DNA from: Malacoraja senta
Lineage: Eukaryota
Direction of reading: 5' to 3'
NCBI GenBank assembly: GCA_038087875.1
Contig: CM075978.1
Span: 169,260,001-169,324,000 of the forward strand
DNA: 64,000 nucleotides
Under the pieces are notes generated by a model. The model was not told the origin of the DNA. It did not search any database and saw only the letters and a list, made by a program, of their open reading frames with translations. Of this stretch, positions 12,823 through 25,370 are shown one piece after another. How positions within the stretch are numbered: position 1 is the stretch's first letter; each line of letters begins with the position of its first letter. The translations under genes and the position numbers were made by a program.

Positions 12823-13399
12823 TGAGCTGTTGAATTATCCATTATTATAGCTTCTATTTTATGTATACTTATATAATGAAATCAATAAAGATGAAACTAT
12901 TTTTATCCGTAAACTGAGGTAGCAAGCTTGGGGTTGGAGGTTTCCATGGTACTTGGACCTCATTGTACATGTGCTTATGAAAATTAACTCGACTTGACTT
13001 AAAACTATTTGTTATCTCTGTCCATAATGTGTATTTAAATATTCCCCTTCACAGAATTGTGACGTTTGGTGTATGGGTTCATGCTTTGGGTAAAATAGCA
13101 ACGAACCAGCACTTTGACAACTTTAGCCCATTAAGTCTGTGGGATAGATCTGAAATTTATGCTCAATGCAAATCTCATTTAAAATGAATTGGAGTGAGTT
13201 GTAAATCAGTTTAAAAACTGTTATTATGGGTGTAATATATACACCTGTTCAACCTGGTTAATTTTCTGTTTTGTGTGCAGACAGCAACCTGGCACAAATT
13301 AAGCCTGAAATTGAGTACATTTTCTTGAGGGAGGTAACGGTTCAATATTTTCCGCAAACTCTTTTTCATAATCACATAGGTGAAATTATGATTGATTGA

Positions 13400-13707
13400 A
13401 AGATACAACATGGACATAGGCTCTTCGGCCCACTGAGTCCATGTGGACCATCAATCACCCATTCACTCCAGTTCGATGTTATCCCACGTGCATCCATACA
13501 TCACACACTCGGACAAACTTACAGAGGCCAATTCACCTACTAACCCGCACGTCCTTGGGATGTGTGAGGAAACCGGAGCAAACAGAGGAGATTAATGCAG
13601 AAGAATGTGCAAACTCCGCACAGACAGCACCCGAGGTCAGGATTGAACCCAGGGTCTCTGGTGGCATGAGGCAGCATCTCTACCAGCTGCATTACTGTGC
13701 CACCCAA
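13400..13707 (-). mobile_element. V-SINE (HE1-like)
   Basis: Reverse complement of the family pattern. Confidence 0.75.
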
Positions 13708-14262
13708 TGATTCAATGAACTGAAGATAACTCTAAAACCAAAACTGAACCTTTTACTAAAAGTAGTATTTGTCTCACAGAGAAATCTTTCATGGTCTTAA
13801 GTCATTCGAAAAGCTAAGCCACAGGGAGTTGCAGACCAGCATCCAACGCCCACGCAGTGCACTGTCTATGGAGTTTGTGAGCTTTAGTGAGTAAAGGGGG
13901 GGGGGGGGGGTTCATATTAAGCAGTATGTTATTTAATTTAGTTTTACTATTGGATTTGCATTTGCAGTGGTAAATAAATAAAATAAATTGGTAAGCAAGT
14001 AGGCTGTGACTTGTTAGGTGATTATGCAAGGAGCCAGAATTAATTAACTGAAGAGAGCTGACTCAGAATTTGTGGTACTTGGGCATATCTGTGGCTTCTG
14101 CTAAAACATCATGTTCAGTGCCTATTGAGTGGAGTGACCATGGAATCTGGATGTTGGCGAATAAGGGACTTTGCTGATGTAACAGCAATAATGTAGTTAT
14201 ATATTTGGTGAATAAACTTAATTTATATAGTGAAATGATTAAGACAGGTATGTTAGGGCAAG

Positions 14263-14533
14263 TGGCGGCACAGTGGCACAGCGGTTGAGTTACTGCCTTA
14301 CAGCACCAGAGACTCGCGTTCGATCCTGACTACAGGTGCTGTCTGTATGGAATTTGTAAGTTAACCATGTGACCTCATGGGTTTTCTCTGGGTGCTCTGG
14401 TTTCCTCCCACAATTCAAAGATGTGGAGGTTTGTAGGTTAATGGGCTTCGGTAAAATTGTAAATTCTCCCTCGTGTGTTGGATAAGCGCTAGTGTTCGTG
14501 GTGTGCACTGGTCGGCACGGACTCAGTGGGCCT
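14263..14533 (+). mobile_element. V-SINE (HE1-like)
   Basis: ggcggcacagtggcacagcggttgag...gttcgatcc B box, central domain. Confidence 0.8.
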
Positions 14534-15039
14534 AAAAGAAATATTCTTTCTAAAGAATCAAGGCTTGGGGAATTTGGCCAAAATACTGAGGAAAACTCTC
14601 TAATTTTTTTTAAAGTAGTGACATTCAATCACTTCCATCCATTTGTGAAAACAGCCACCATTAAAAATATATTATCTCTGACAGTAGTGTAACCGCTAAG
14701 TCCAAGGCTTAATGAAGACAAGTGATACCACTGGGGTGGTGGAATAATCAGAGGATCGGTCTTATAATACTGCTGTGCAAGTATGCTGTACAAAAAGGTT
14801 CCATAGACAACGAGAAAAAAGATGCATGGCATGCAGGAGATCTTGAGAAGAGAAGTAGAGAAAGGAGCAATAATAGCAATATTAACAAACAAAGGGAAAA
14901 TAAAAAGTATTAAAACTGTGGGAAATCCATGATCAACAAATAGGTAACCAGGATGATGTACTGGGGGAATTGCATATTGGATGAAATGTTGCCTATCATG
15001 TGATATTTGTACCCAAATCTGTCTTGCCAAGTGGATTTA

Positions 15040-15290
15040 AAAGTTCCCATAACCCAATTTCATGGGGAACATGAGCAGGAATAGATCATCTGTGCTCTTG
15101 TATTTATCCATTCACAAAATAGTATTTATCCAATCACTAAAATACTGATAATGTCATCTTTGATATGTCTGTCGAAATTTGCTGTGCACAAATTGGTTGT
15201 CACATTTCCACAGTAATTGCACATCATGAGTATTTATCAAATGTCCTGAGATGCCCTGAAGAGGACATTAAGTTATGCTATTCTATTTAT
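15040..15290 (+). mobile_element. Ancient Deu-domain SINE relic (SacSINE1-like)
   Basis: aaagttcccat...tatttatcc...ttgctgtgcacaaattgg matches my recollection of the Deu-SINE consensus and the copy at 62156-62325. Confidence 0.55.
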
Positions 15291-16027
15291 CTTAACATGA
15301 AACTTTCAACTTTGAATTAAAGCAGCTATACATAATTCTGGCGTACATCAAACTTGGCCAGGTAACTTGAGAAGATGATCCTCAGCAATTGCCTTTTACA
15401 TTTGTATCATTGAAAACACATAAGAAGAGATGGCTGCAGCTGAACTAACTTAGCATTGTGTGACCATGTGCATGTTTTGTTTTGAGGAAAATCATCAGTG
15501 GGTTTATTTTCCAACACCAGTTAGGTTGTTCCAACAGAAGACATTTGTCCAGTGAAGTGTGCATTAGTGTATTTATGGAACCCAATGCTTGATGCTCATT
15601 ATATGTGTGATCTTGAAGTCTCTGTTCTCTCTTGTGATGTGAGTTCATACAAAGTTTTAATTGCTCTGCTGCATTTGTTATTTTCAGACTGCATTGGGCA
15701 TGGTGTCTCCAAACTGTAAACGTGCAAATACTGACCTCCAAATGTACTGAAGTCAGAGCCATGGAATCCTAAGAGAGTACATTTCTCTGCCTCACACCAG
15801 TAAATCATTTGTAAGCTACAGCACAGCAAACTGTTTACAACATATTTAGCTTAGCCTGAAAGTATTTTGGTAATGCCAGAAAAAAAACTGAAAGGATAAG
15901 ATATTTTTTCTCTTAGTGTGACTGGCAGTGCATCTGTTAGCTCAAGTCAAATGAAACCAACATAACGTTATAGGGAACTGGCATAGACGAGGAGTTGAAG
16001 CTAGCATAGATTAACCATGATGTGTAA

Positions 16028-16223
16028 AACATGAAGTGCTGGAGTAACTCAGCGAGCCAGACAGCATCTCTGGAGGGACCAGACAGGCAACGTTTCGGGT
16101 TGGGACCCTTATTCAGACGTCGCCAGTCCATTATATTCCCTCCAGAGATACTTCCTGACCTGCTGAGTTACTCCAGCACTTTGGGTTTTATTCAAGATTC
16201 CAGCATCTGCAGTTCCTTGTGTC
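16028..16223. mobile_element. Fold-back Penelope pLTR-derived element
   Basis: Minus arm 16028-16118 and plus arm 16117-16223 meet at ACGT. Confidence 0.75.
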
Positions 16224-16378
16224 CCCATATAGAATGGTGGGGGCAGGCTTGAGGGACTGAGTGATCTACTCCTGCTCCTATTTTCTTGTGTCTTGTGTTT
16301 TTTGAATCTTCATTCACATTCAATCTTTATAAAGATCTGAAGTCACACAGTATTAATAGTATCTCCAAAAATATATAG

Positions 16379-16581
16379 GAAGGAATTGCAGATGCTGGTA
16401 TAAACCGAAGATAGACACAGAGAGCTGGAGTAGTAAGTCAGTGGGTCAGGCAGCATCTCTGAAGAGAAGGAATGGGTGACATTTCGGTTCGGGTCTGAAA
16501 AAGGGTCTTGACCCGAAACGTCACCCATTCCTTTTCTCCAGAGATGCTGCCTGTCCCGCTGAGTTACTCCAACTTTTTGTG
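16379..16581. mobile_element. Fold-back Penelope pLTR-derived element with 15-bp TSD
   Basis: Inverted arms; flanked by TCCAAAAATATATAG at 16364-16378 and 16582-16596. Confidence 0.85.
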
Positions 16582-17041
16582 TCCAAAAATATATAGTTGA
16601 CCAGCTTAACTTATAGTTGAACCAAACTTAGAGCAAAAGTCCATTTTAGGATGACTCCACGTGATGAAACACATAACATTAAGGTTCCTTTTACATCACT
16701 CCAAGCAATTTTTAGTCTTTGAAACAACATTGTTTTGAAATAAAAACAATGGTGTAAATAATTGACACATCAGGCAGCAGCTAGCCAGAGAGGAACAAGT
16801 TAACATTTCAGTGATCTTTCATTGCCACTTTCTTTAGAAAACATAGAAAACAAATAAATGTTGAGTTTACTTGCACAGAAGAAGTAGAGGTGGAGAGACA
16901 GAGGAGACATATGTGATGAGGTGGACACTGATGGTATTGGTGCCAGTTGATTGATGGCAGTATAGGCTTGTTTTACAGAGCTTACCTGTCTGAAGTAAGT
17001 GTATGAGGAGAGAAGGATAACTTTGTGAAATACAATTCATT

Positions 17042-17346
17042 GTTTAGTTTAGTTTAGAGATACAGCGTGGAAACAGGCCCTTCGGCCCACCGAGTCTGCG
17101 TCGACTAGCGATCCCTGTACACTAGCACTCTCCTACACATTAGGGTCCATTTACAATTCTTACCGACACCGATGAACCTACAAACCTGTACGTCTTTGGA
17201 GTGTAGGTGAAACTGGAGGACCTAGGGAAAACCTACGCAGTCAGGGCTAGAACATACAAACTCCGTACAGAGAGCACCCATCGTCAGGATCAAACCCGGG
17301 TCTCTGGTGCTGTGGCAGTAACTCTCTCATTGTGCCACTGTGCCTT
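17042..17346 (-). mobile_element. V-SINE (HE1-like)
   Basis: (gttta)n tail at left, family body, tRNA-like head at right. Confidence 0.8.
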
Positions 17347-17689
17347 GTAGTTTCTGCCTTGTAACATTGTAGATGAAGGCAATCAGTAATAAAGAGAATG
17401 TTGGAACTGGCCACCGACAGCTTTTAAGGTGAAAAATTATGTTATTACAGAAACAAGAACACCAAGTGCAGTACATGAAATGCCAAAGGAGTAAATTAAT
17501 CATTGTCTCATCTGAAAGGTGCATTTGTACCTCTAGGAATGAAAGAGCAAAAGTTCCAGTGTTTCATCTCCCACAGTTATCATGCAGAAAAAGAAAATGG
17601 GAGGAAATATACAAATATTTTATATCTGGCTGCACAGAAAAATACACTCGCAAATACTTGAGAACCAAGGGTCCATTACAAAACGGAAT

Positions 17690-18340
17690 TAATATAGCCT
17701 GAAATGAATAAATGTCCAGCATTTGATGAACTACAGTTTTGAAGGAGATAGTTATAGAGAAAGTGGATGGTCTGTTTTCCAGCTTTCAAAATTCCAGAGA
17801 TCGGAAATGGCTCCTGATGGATGACCCATCTAAGAAAGGGGGAAAAGAAAATACAGACTATTATCAGCCTCTTAGTTGTGGAAGATGCTGGAATCTAATA
17901 CATATAGGTATGATATCATGAGACTTAGAAAATAATAATGTGATTGCGTTGAAACAGCATGGATTTATGAAAGGGATCATGTTTGACTAATAATTCAGAG
18001 TTTTTAGAGGATTGGTGAACAAGCTTCCAGTATGTGGAATTTGGGAGTAACATACTAGTGTTACCAGATTGTAAGATGGTTACACATAGAAGACAAAGAA
18101 TGGGGAAAATGGCTTCTGGTGATCCACAGTGAATGAGATACAATGAGGATTTATGCTTGGGCCCCAACCATACATAATCATTACCAACAAGTAGCCTGAG
18201 GGAATCAAATAAAACATTTCAAACACTTTGATGACATGAAATTAATTCTGAATGTGAGTCATGAAGAGGATGCCAAGAGGCTTCAAGGGGACATAGACAA
18301 GCAAAAAGAATGGACAACAATATGGCAATGTGTAAAAAAA
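17690..18340 (+). mobile_element. Old, heavily deleted CR1 fragment
   Basis: cagcatggatttatgaaagggatcatgtttgactaa (QHGF..G.SCLTN motif). Confidence 0.6.
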
Positions 18341-18372
18341 CATATGGTAATTTAAGAGCCTTTTACCAGGGA

Positions 18373-18983
18373 GCAGGGAGGTTCTACTGCAGTTGTACAG
18401 GGTCTTGGTGAGACCACACCTGGAGTATTGAGTACAGTTTTGGTCTCCTAATCTGAGGAAGGACATTCTTGCCATAGAGGGAATACAGAGAAGGTTCACC
18501 AGACTGATTCCTGGGATGTCAGGACTTTCATATGAGGAAAGACTGGATAGACTCGGCTTGTACTCGCTGCAATTTAGAAGATTGAGGGGGGATCTTATAG
18601 AAACGTACAAAATTCTTAAGGGGTTGGACAGGCTAGATGCAGGAAGATTGTTCCCGATGTTGGGGAAGTCCAGAACAAGGGGTCACAGTTTAAGGATAAA
18701 GGGGAAATCTTTTAGGACTGAGATGAGAAAAACATTTTTTACGCAGAGAGTGGTGAATCTCTGGAATTCTCTGCCACAGAATGTAGTTGAGGCCAGTTCA
18801 TTGGCTATATTTAAGAGGGAGTTAGATGTGGCCCTTGTGGCTGAAGGGATCAGGGGGTATGGAGAGAAAGCAGGTACAGGATACTGAGTTGGATGATCAT
18901 CCATGATCATATTGAATGGTGGTGCAGGCTCGAAGGGCCGAATGGCCTACTCCTGCACCTATTTTCTATGTTTCTATGTTTCT
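18373..18983 (+). mobile_element. Young 5'-truncated CR1 (HER1-like) LINE
   Basis: Open ORF 18516-18887 GLSYEERLDRLGLYSL..RRLRGDLIETYKIL..FFTQRVVNLWNSLP; (TTTCTATG)n tail; possible TSD TACCAGGGA/TACCAAGGA. Confidence 0.9.
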
Positions 18984-19636
18984 ACCAAGGATGAAAAAAT
19001 CCAATACTGGAGGGCATAGTTTTAAGGTGAGAGTAGACTCAGGGCATCATCTGTCCTTTTCACTCCACAGATGCTGCCTGGCCTGTTGAATTTCTCCAGC
19101 ACTTTGTTTTTTTTTGGTCGTGTCTTAATATAAAATGATTTCTTTTAAATGAAAAATAACATTTTTTGAAATACACCATGAGGGTTCAAAAATATTCAAT
19201 GTTTGGTGTCCTCTGGCAGAAGAAAATCTGATTCCTGCTTCAAACTGAGGTTTTTTGAACTCCACACTGTTTGATCATTTACTCTTGTGGCTGACTGGTT
19301 TAAAACATTTTTGTGGATTGCAGAAATGTAATCTGCAAATAGTCGGGTTCATCTGATGAAATACATATTACGGTAGTATGAAAGATATTATTTCAGGAAC
19401 ATCATAAAGAGTATAAACAAATGACAAAAAAATGGTTAAAGAAAACCCACAATCACTGTATGATGTTCCCACTGTGTACTGCAAGTGTAGCATGTAAATC
19501 TATTTTAATTTGGTGGGTGGAATGATAATTTCGGCACATATTCAAGAGGGAAGGCTTAAACCTCATTGGAGACCCTCAGACTCTCTTTAATTGGATTTCA
19601 TTGCACTTTATCTTGCTTTAAATGTTATTCCCTTTA

Positions 19637-19925
19637 TTTAGGAAGGAACTGCAGATACTGATTTACACCGAAGATGGACACAAAATGCTGGAGTAACGTC
19701 GTGGGACAGGTAGCATCTCTGGAGAGAAGACCCGTGTCTCTGGCTCTGTAAAGCAGCAACTCCATCGTTGCGCCAATGTGGCCTGCCATCTTTGGAATAT
19801 GAGAGGAAACCAGAGCACCCATCGAAAACCCACACGGTTACAGGGAGAAAGTACAGACTTCGTACAGACAGACCCGAGGTAAGGATTGAACCCATGTTTC
19901 TGGTGCTGTAAGGCAGCAGCTCTAC
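19637..19925 (-). mobile_element. Penelope pLTR fragment joined to V-SINE fragments
   Basis: aggaaggaactgcagat...gcatctctggagagaa followed by SINE head and body pieces. Confidence 0.65.
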
Positions 19926-21989
19926 CTGTCCAAATGCCTATTACATATTATTATTGTACCTGCATCAAGTACTTCCTCTATCAGCTCATTCCTAAAACCT
20001 ACCACATTCTGTGTGAAAAATGTGCCTCTTTGGTTCCTATCGACATCTTTTCCCTATCACCTTAAACCCATGTCCTCTCACTCTTGATTCTCCTACACTG
20101 GGGGGAATAAAAGCTCTGTGTATTCACCCTATCTATTCCCCCCCACCATTGTATACACCAAGTCTGTGAGAACAGAAAGGTTTCTGGACAAATTGCTTTC
20201 TACTATCACTGATAGATGTAAGATATTCCTTCAAAAAGTAAAATGCAAGGTTGGAAACCTGACATAAAAGCAGCAAATGCTGGAGATAATCAACAAGTCG
20301 GGATGTGAGTGTGGGCTGGAAGAGCAGATTTGGAACTTATGGAAAGTATTAAGTTATTCCATGTTCAATTTTGTCGATGATGACTTTGGGTGAATCAGAA
20401 GTTCCAATAACAATAGGTATCCAGAGCAAAACTGGGTAATCAGGGTTGTCTGGCATCTAGCCCACAGCATCCTTCTCTTCCCCAAGGATTCATGGAATGG
20501 GGATTTGGAACAGTAAAAGATTACCTGCAAATAGTGCTTTCAGTTGCACAGGGTACATTAAATCATATCCTGCAAAATATCCAAGCAGTGAAAGTTCAGC
20601 CAGCTACTCCTTGACATTGAAAATATCCAAGAATTATTCAAATGGAATTGTCTTCAAAGGAATCAAAGAGCCTGAGAGCTCTGTTAAAAGTGATTGCAGC
20701 AAATTGTGTAATGATACATATGCAGAGCTAATAAAAAGCATTCCAGGCAATTACTGGGGTGAGTGTCCATATTTCCAAAATGGCACAGTGAGAAGAATTG
20801 AAAAGGAGATATTGAAAGTCAAATGGATTAACTGGGAGGACCATCAAGACTGACTATTAAAAGACAGTTAAAGAAGAAAGAAAAATTGTGAAGGTTAAAG
20901 GATTTCTACAGCTTTTAAGTTCCTATGAGCAACACAAGCTGGTACATTTCCTGTCCGAAAACACAAGCTTTTTGGACAAGATGAGAAAGCAGGGATGGAA
21001 GTAGGCCATTGGAGCTGCATAGATTAAGTTTGGAGAATCAAAAGCATATGTTTCTGAATATTTATGAGGGCAATTATTATAACTACATCCATGACTGAGT
21101 TAAATCAGTGCTCTAATGTTTATTGCCATTTGCCGTTTGATTACATCCAAGTCAAGTAATGATAGTGATGTATGGAGTTACACAAAGGCACATCACATCA
21201 TTTATAACAACCGGGAAGAAGCTTGTGTCTTTTGTCCTATTTATTCTTACCAGAAATTCCACACAGTCTTGCAAGTTGTGTATCCATGCATTGCCTGACC
21301 CAAGCATGACGTCCCACTGGGATATGCAGATAGAGGATCGGGGTGCCTCTGTAAAGGTTTTTAATGGTTGCAGCAGCATTAAAAGACTCAGCTGATTGAT
21401 GTAATACTTATTGCCAAATCACACGGGCAGACTGATTACAGGAATTATGAGTGACAGAAGCATAAAGCACCTGTTGCTTATTTGTTTAGGTCAGGCTAAG
21501 TGTCGACAGATTGGCAAAAGAGATTAATCGTGACTTCTAAAGATATGTTAAGGAAACCATTGTCCAGTCCAATTTTAAATTATATGGCTATCTTTTAAAT
21601 TCAACACTTCCAGGTTTGATACTTCAAGTACTGGTATTGGGACAGATCATGTCACATTGATTTAATCTATCATATCACTGATCTAAAGATGTGATTTTTT
21701 AAAATATATTAAGCTTTGGGTTCTTTACGTAATTTATGTTCAATTATATAAACATTTGTAATGGTCTTGTCAAGTCCTCTACATTCCTATGTTTATATAA
21801 ATCCCAAATATTCTGAATAGACTAATAGCATTCTGCTAATAATATGAAAAATGGCCGTAGAAACTTAAATGCTAAAATAAGGCAAGCAGAAGGCAATTTT
21901 GCTTGATTGCAGCAATATCACCAGCGTTCTTGCAGTGCGAGAACAAAAGAATGAATTACTCTTCATAATTTAATTTTGTTCAGTTTTGA

Positions 21990-22560
21990 TTATTGTACCG
22001 AGGTAGAGTGAAAAGCTTTTTTGTGTGTTATCCAGTCAGCGGAAAGATTATACTTGATTACAATCGAGGCATCCACAGTGTACAGATCCAGGATCAAGGG
22101 AATTACGTATAGTGCAAGATAAAGTCCAATTAAAGATAGTCCGAGGGTCTCCGATGAGGTAGGTGGTAGCTCAGAACCACTATCTAGTTGTTAGTAAGAT
22201 TGTTCAGTTGCCTGATGACAGCTAAGAAGAAACTGTCCCTGAATCTGGAGGTTTGTGTTTTTACAATCTGGAGGTTTGTGTCATGATCATATTGAATGGC
22301 GGTGCAGGCTCGAAGGGCCGAATGGCCTACTCCTGCACCGATTTTCTATGTTTCTATGTTTCTATGTTACACTTCTGTACCTCTTGCCTGATGGGAGGTG
22401 AGAAGAGGGAGTGATCGGGATGAGACTCATCCTTGACTATGCTGGTGGCTTTGCCGATGCCGGTGAAGAGTAGATGGAGTCAATAGAAGGGAGGCTGGTT
22501 TGTGTGATGGTCTGGGATGCGTCCACAATTCTCTGCAATTTCTTGCAGTCTTGGATAAAG
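21990..22560 (-). mobile_element. Rex1-like LINE 3' end, interrupted by a CR1 tail (22281-22367, +)
   Basis: Homologous to 28040-28400; the inserted piece is nearly identical to 18902-18983. Confidence 0.7.
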
Positions 22561-22585
22561 CAGGAAAAAGGTGCTGCCTGATATG

Positions 22586-22863
22586 TTTAGTTTAGTTTGG
22601 AGACGCAGGGTGGAAACAGGCCCTTCGGCCCACCGAGTTCGCACTGACCAATAACACTATGCTACACAAATTAAGGACAATTTTACATTTACACCAAGCC
22701 AATTAACCTACAAACCTGTACGTCTTTGGAGTGTGGGAGGAAACCGAAGATCTCGAAGAAAACCCACGCAAGTCACGTGTCAGGATCGAACCCACAGACA
22801 GATCGAACCTGGGTCTCTGGTGCTGTAAAACAGTAGCTCTGCCACTACGCCACCGTGCCATCC
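22586..22863 (-). mobile_element. V-SINE (HE1-like)
   Basis: Family pattern on the minus strand with an internal deletion. Confidence 0.8.
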
Positions 22864-23556
22864 ACAATAAGGACTACATTTAAAATAATTTTTAAATTCA
22901 TTTATATGTTACACTTGAGAACGAACCTAAAGATAGATTTTTACATATTTAGCATACTTTAGTAAAATACAGCCATTTAATATAGCCATATTATGTTCAG
23001 ACTTTATTAACATATTTTCAGAACATGATAAATTAATACAAATTACCTAATTGCAATTATTATTGCTCAGCAGATACAATTTAAATACACTAAGCATAGT
23101 TATTATTGCTTCTTCAATCTGGGACTTCAGTGTAATCTCAGCACTGTGGTAACATTGCTGTTTGTTCGCATGTAGCTTACCTACTTCCAACATCAGTCAG
23201 AATTATTTCAAAAATAACACTTATGTATTTAAAATTAGTAGTCTTACACTCTCTGAAAACTGAAAGAGTAAACCTTTATTAGTTTGCTTTGGCCATAAGA
23301 CTAGTGAGGCTCTTCCTGTGCTGTACTGTTCTGTTCAATGAATGAGATAAGCTGATCTGATTCATTGAAGATCTTTCCCACTGTACAGTATATGTTCCAT
23401 CACATGTATAATGTGCAAAATCTACCAATTTATTGCTGCCTCATTTACGCGTATCTTTCAGTTTATTTTTACCACTAAATCTATAACACTGTATACTGAA
23501 GTGGTATTACAGTGGTATTAATTGCTTACCTTGACATTCTTCATATAACCTCTTCA

Positions 23557-23891
23557 TGGGTGGCACAGTGGTGCAGAGGTAGACTTGTTGCCATACAGCA
23601 TTTGCAGTGCCAGAGACGTGGGTTCGATCCCGACTACGGGTGCTGTCTGTATGGTGTTTGTATGTTCTCCCCGTGACCACGTGGGTTTTCTCAGAGATCT
23701 TCGGTTTCCTCCCACACTCCAAAGGCATACAGGTTTGTAGGTTAATTGGCTTGGGTTTGTATACTTGGTATAAGAGTAAATTATCCCTAGTATGTGTAGG
23801 AAAGTGTTAATGTGCGGGGTTCGCTGGTCTACGCGGACTCAGTGGGCCGAAGGGCCTGTTTCCACGTTGTATCTCTAAACTAAACTAAACT
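23557..23891 (+). mobile_element. V-SINE (HE1-like), near full length
   Basis: A/B-box-like head (ggtggcacagtgg; gggttcgatccc), V-domain, gggccgaagggcctgtttcc and (ctaaa)n tail. Confidence 0.85.
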
Positions 23892-23893
23892 TG

Positions 23894-24273
23894 TACAGGT
23901 CCACCGATTTTCTGGCAACTGGTGGTTCGGCACCTCCTTTAATCCAGACAAAATTACGAGTGCGCACTTGAAATCCGCACTGGAGGTCCCCCTGGAGGGG
24001 GCCAATCTTGACCTAATAGGGATTTCCACACCAATCGGAGGGTCGAATTTGCCCCCTGCAGCCATGTTCTGGATCTCTGGTCCGGCCGGAGCCGGCAGAT
24101 CAGTCTTCCGAAGCCGACTTTACAAGTTGGTATCTTGGCCCCTGGATGGCCTAGGAGGACCGTTCTAATGCTGTTGGACTCCTCTCAGAGGCCATGGCCT
24201 CTGTTGGTCTTGCAATACGGCTAATCCAAAAAGACTCTGGAACCAAGGGTGCTGGAAAATCGGTGGTGGGCTA
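23894..24273. mobile_element. MITE-like non-autonomous DNA transposon
   Basis: Terminal inverted repeats CCACCGATTTTCTGGCA (23901) and TGCTGGAAAATCGGTGG (24250-24266); TA at both ends; GC-rich non-coding interior. Confidence 0.65.
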
Positions 24274-25074
24274 TCCTAAACTTCCTCTTACTTGGTTATT
24301 TTGGCAACATATTGCTGTTTATTAAGTCCATTTCAACTTTGTAATCTATCCTCACCAGAAAATCTGCTTGTATTTACCTATTTATCTTCCTTGGATTTCT
24401 TTCAACTATTTTCTTTGAAAGGCATGTAAACCGTCTTTGGATAATCATGAGTACTAAAGGGGGATTTTTGTGGGTGTTATGTAATTGCTTTCTTTTGCTA
24501 TTAATGAAATAGCACTCTAAAACTACAGATAGAAATGGGCAGATTCTACATTTTATTGAACAACAAATTTAATATATCAACCTGTTTTGAATCAGAGTAG
24601 CATTGTAAAATATAAATTAGGAAAATGACGTTATAACGTTATCCAGGTCTGAATTTGAAAAAACAAATATGTTGAATGGAATTGATCATACTTTACTTGT
24701 AATGTTAAACCAATTCTTCACAATTTGCTTGTAGAATGCAGTAGATGAGTGTTTTGTACCATTGTAGTTACTATATGTGCAAATATTTTCTCACTTCTTG
24801 GAGCTTTGTTACTTTATTATGGAGAAACGACATCCTTGACATATTTACTCAGGATTCTTCAGTACTCTTTGTAGTCTTGATTGAGTAATATCTGTTTCAA
24901 ATTGCTGTTTAAAGAATTTGATATAATAAGCCAACTGGTGCCTCCTGACCCTAAACCTATATTTTTGGTTGAATAAGAGCTGAATATGTGGAAAAATATT
25001 TACAACAAGTTTCCATTATTGTTTTAAAACCCCCCAGCTATTTGTGTGCCTTTGGACAATTGCAATGTCATTGT

Positions 25075-25370
25075 CATAAAGTAATACAATGTGAAAACAA
25101 GTCCTTCAGCACAACTTGACCATGCTAACCAAGATGCCCCAATTATGCCAGTTCTATTTGCCTACATCTGGTTCATATCCCCCTAAATCTTGTATCTGTC
25201 CAAATGTCTTTAAAATGTTATCTAGTACTTGCCTCAACTACCTCCTATGGCAGCTCGTTCCATATACCCACCATCCTCTGTGTGGAAAAAGTTACCCCTC
25301 AGGTTCCGATCAATTTGTTTCCATCCCACCTTAAACATATGTCGACTGGTTCTTGAATTCCCTATTCTGT
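25075..25370 (-). mobile_element. CR1 3' fragment
   Basis: Reverse complement of the CR1 end at 30040-30290. Confidence 0.65.

Noticed and set aside
20497-20853. 118-aa ORF as a possible exon
   Set aside because: No recognisable homology or splice context; lies among decayed repeats
23557-23640. tRNA genes at SINE heads
   Set aside because: A/B-box-like sequence continues into the SINE body and CR1-type tail; no complete cloverleaf seen
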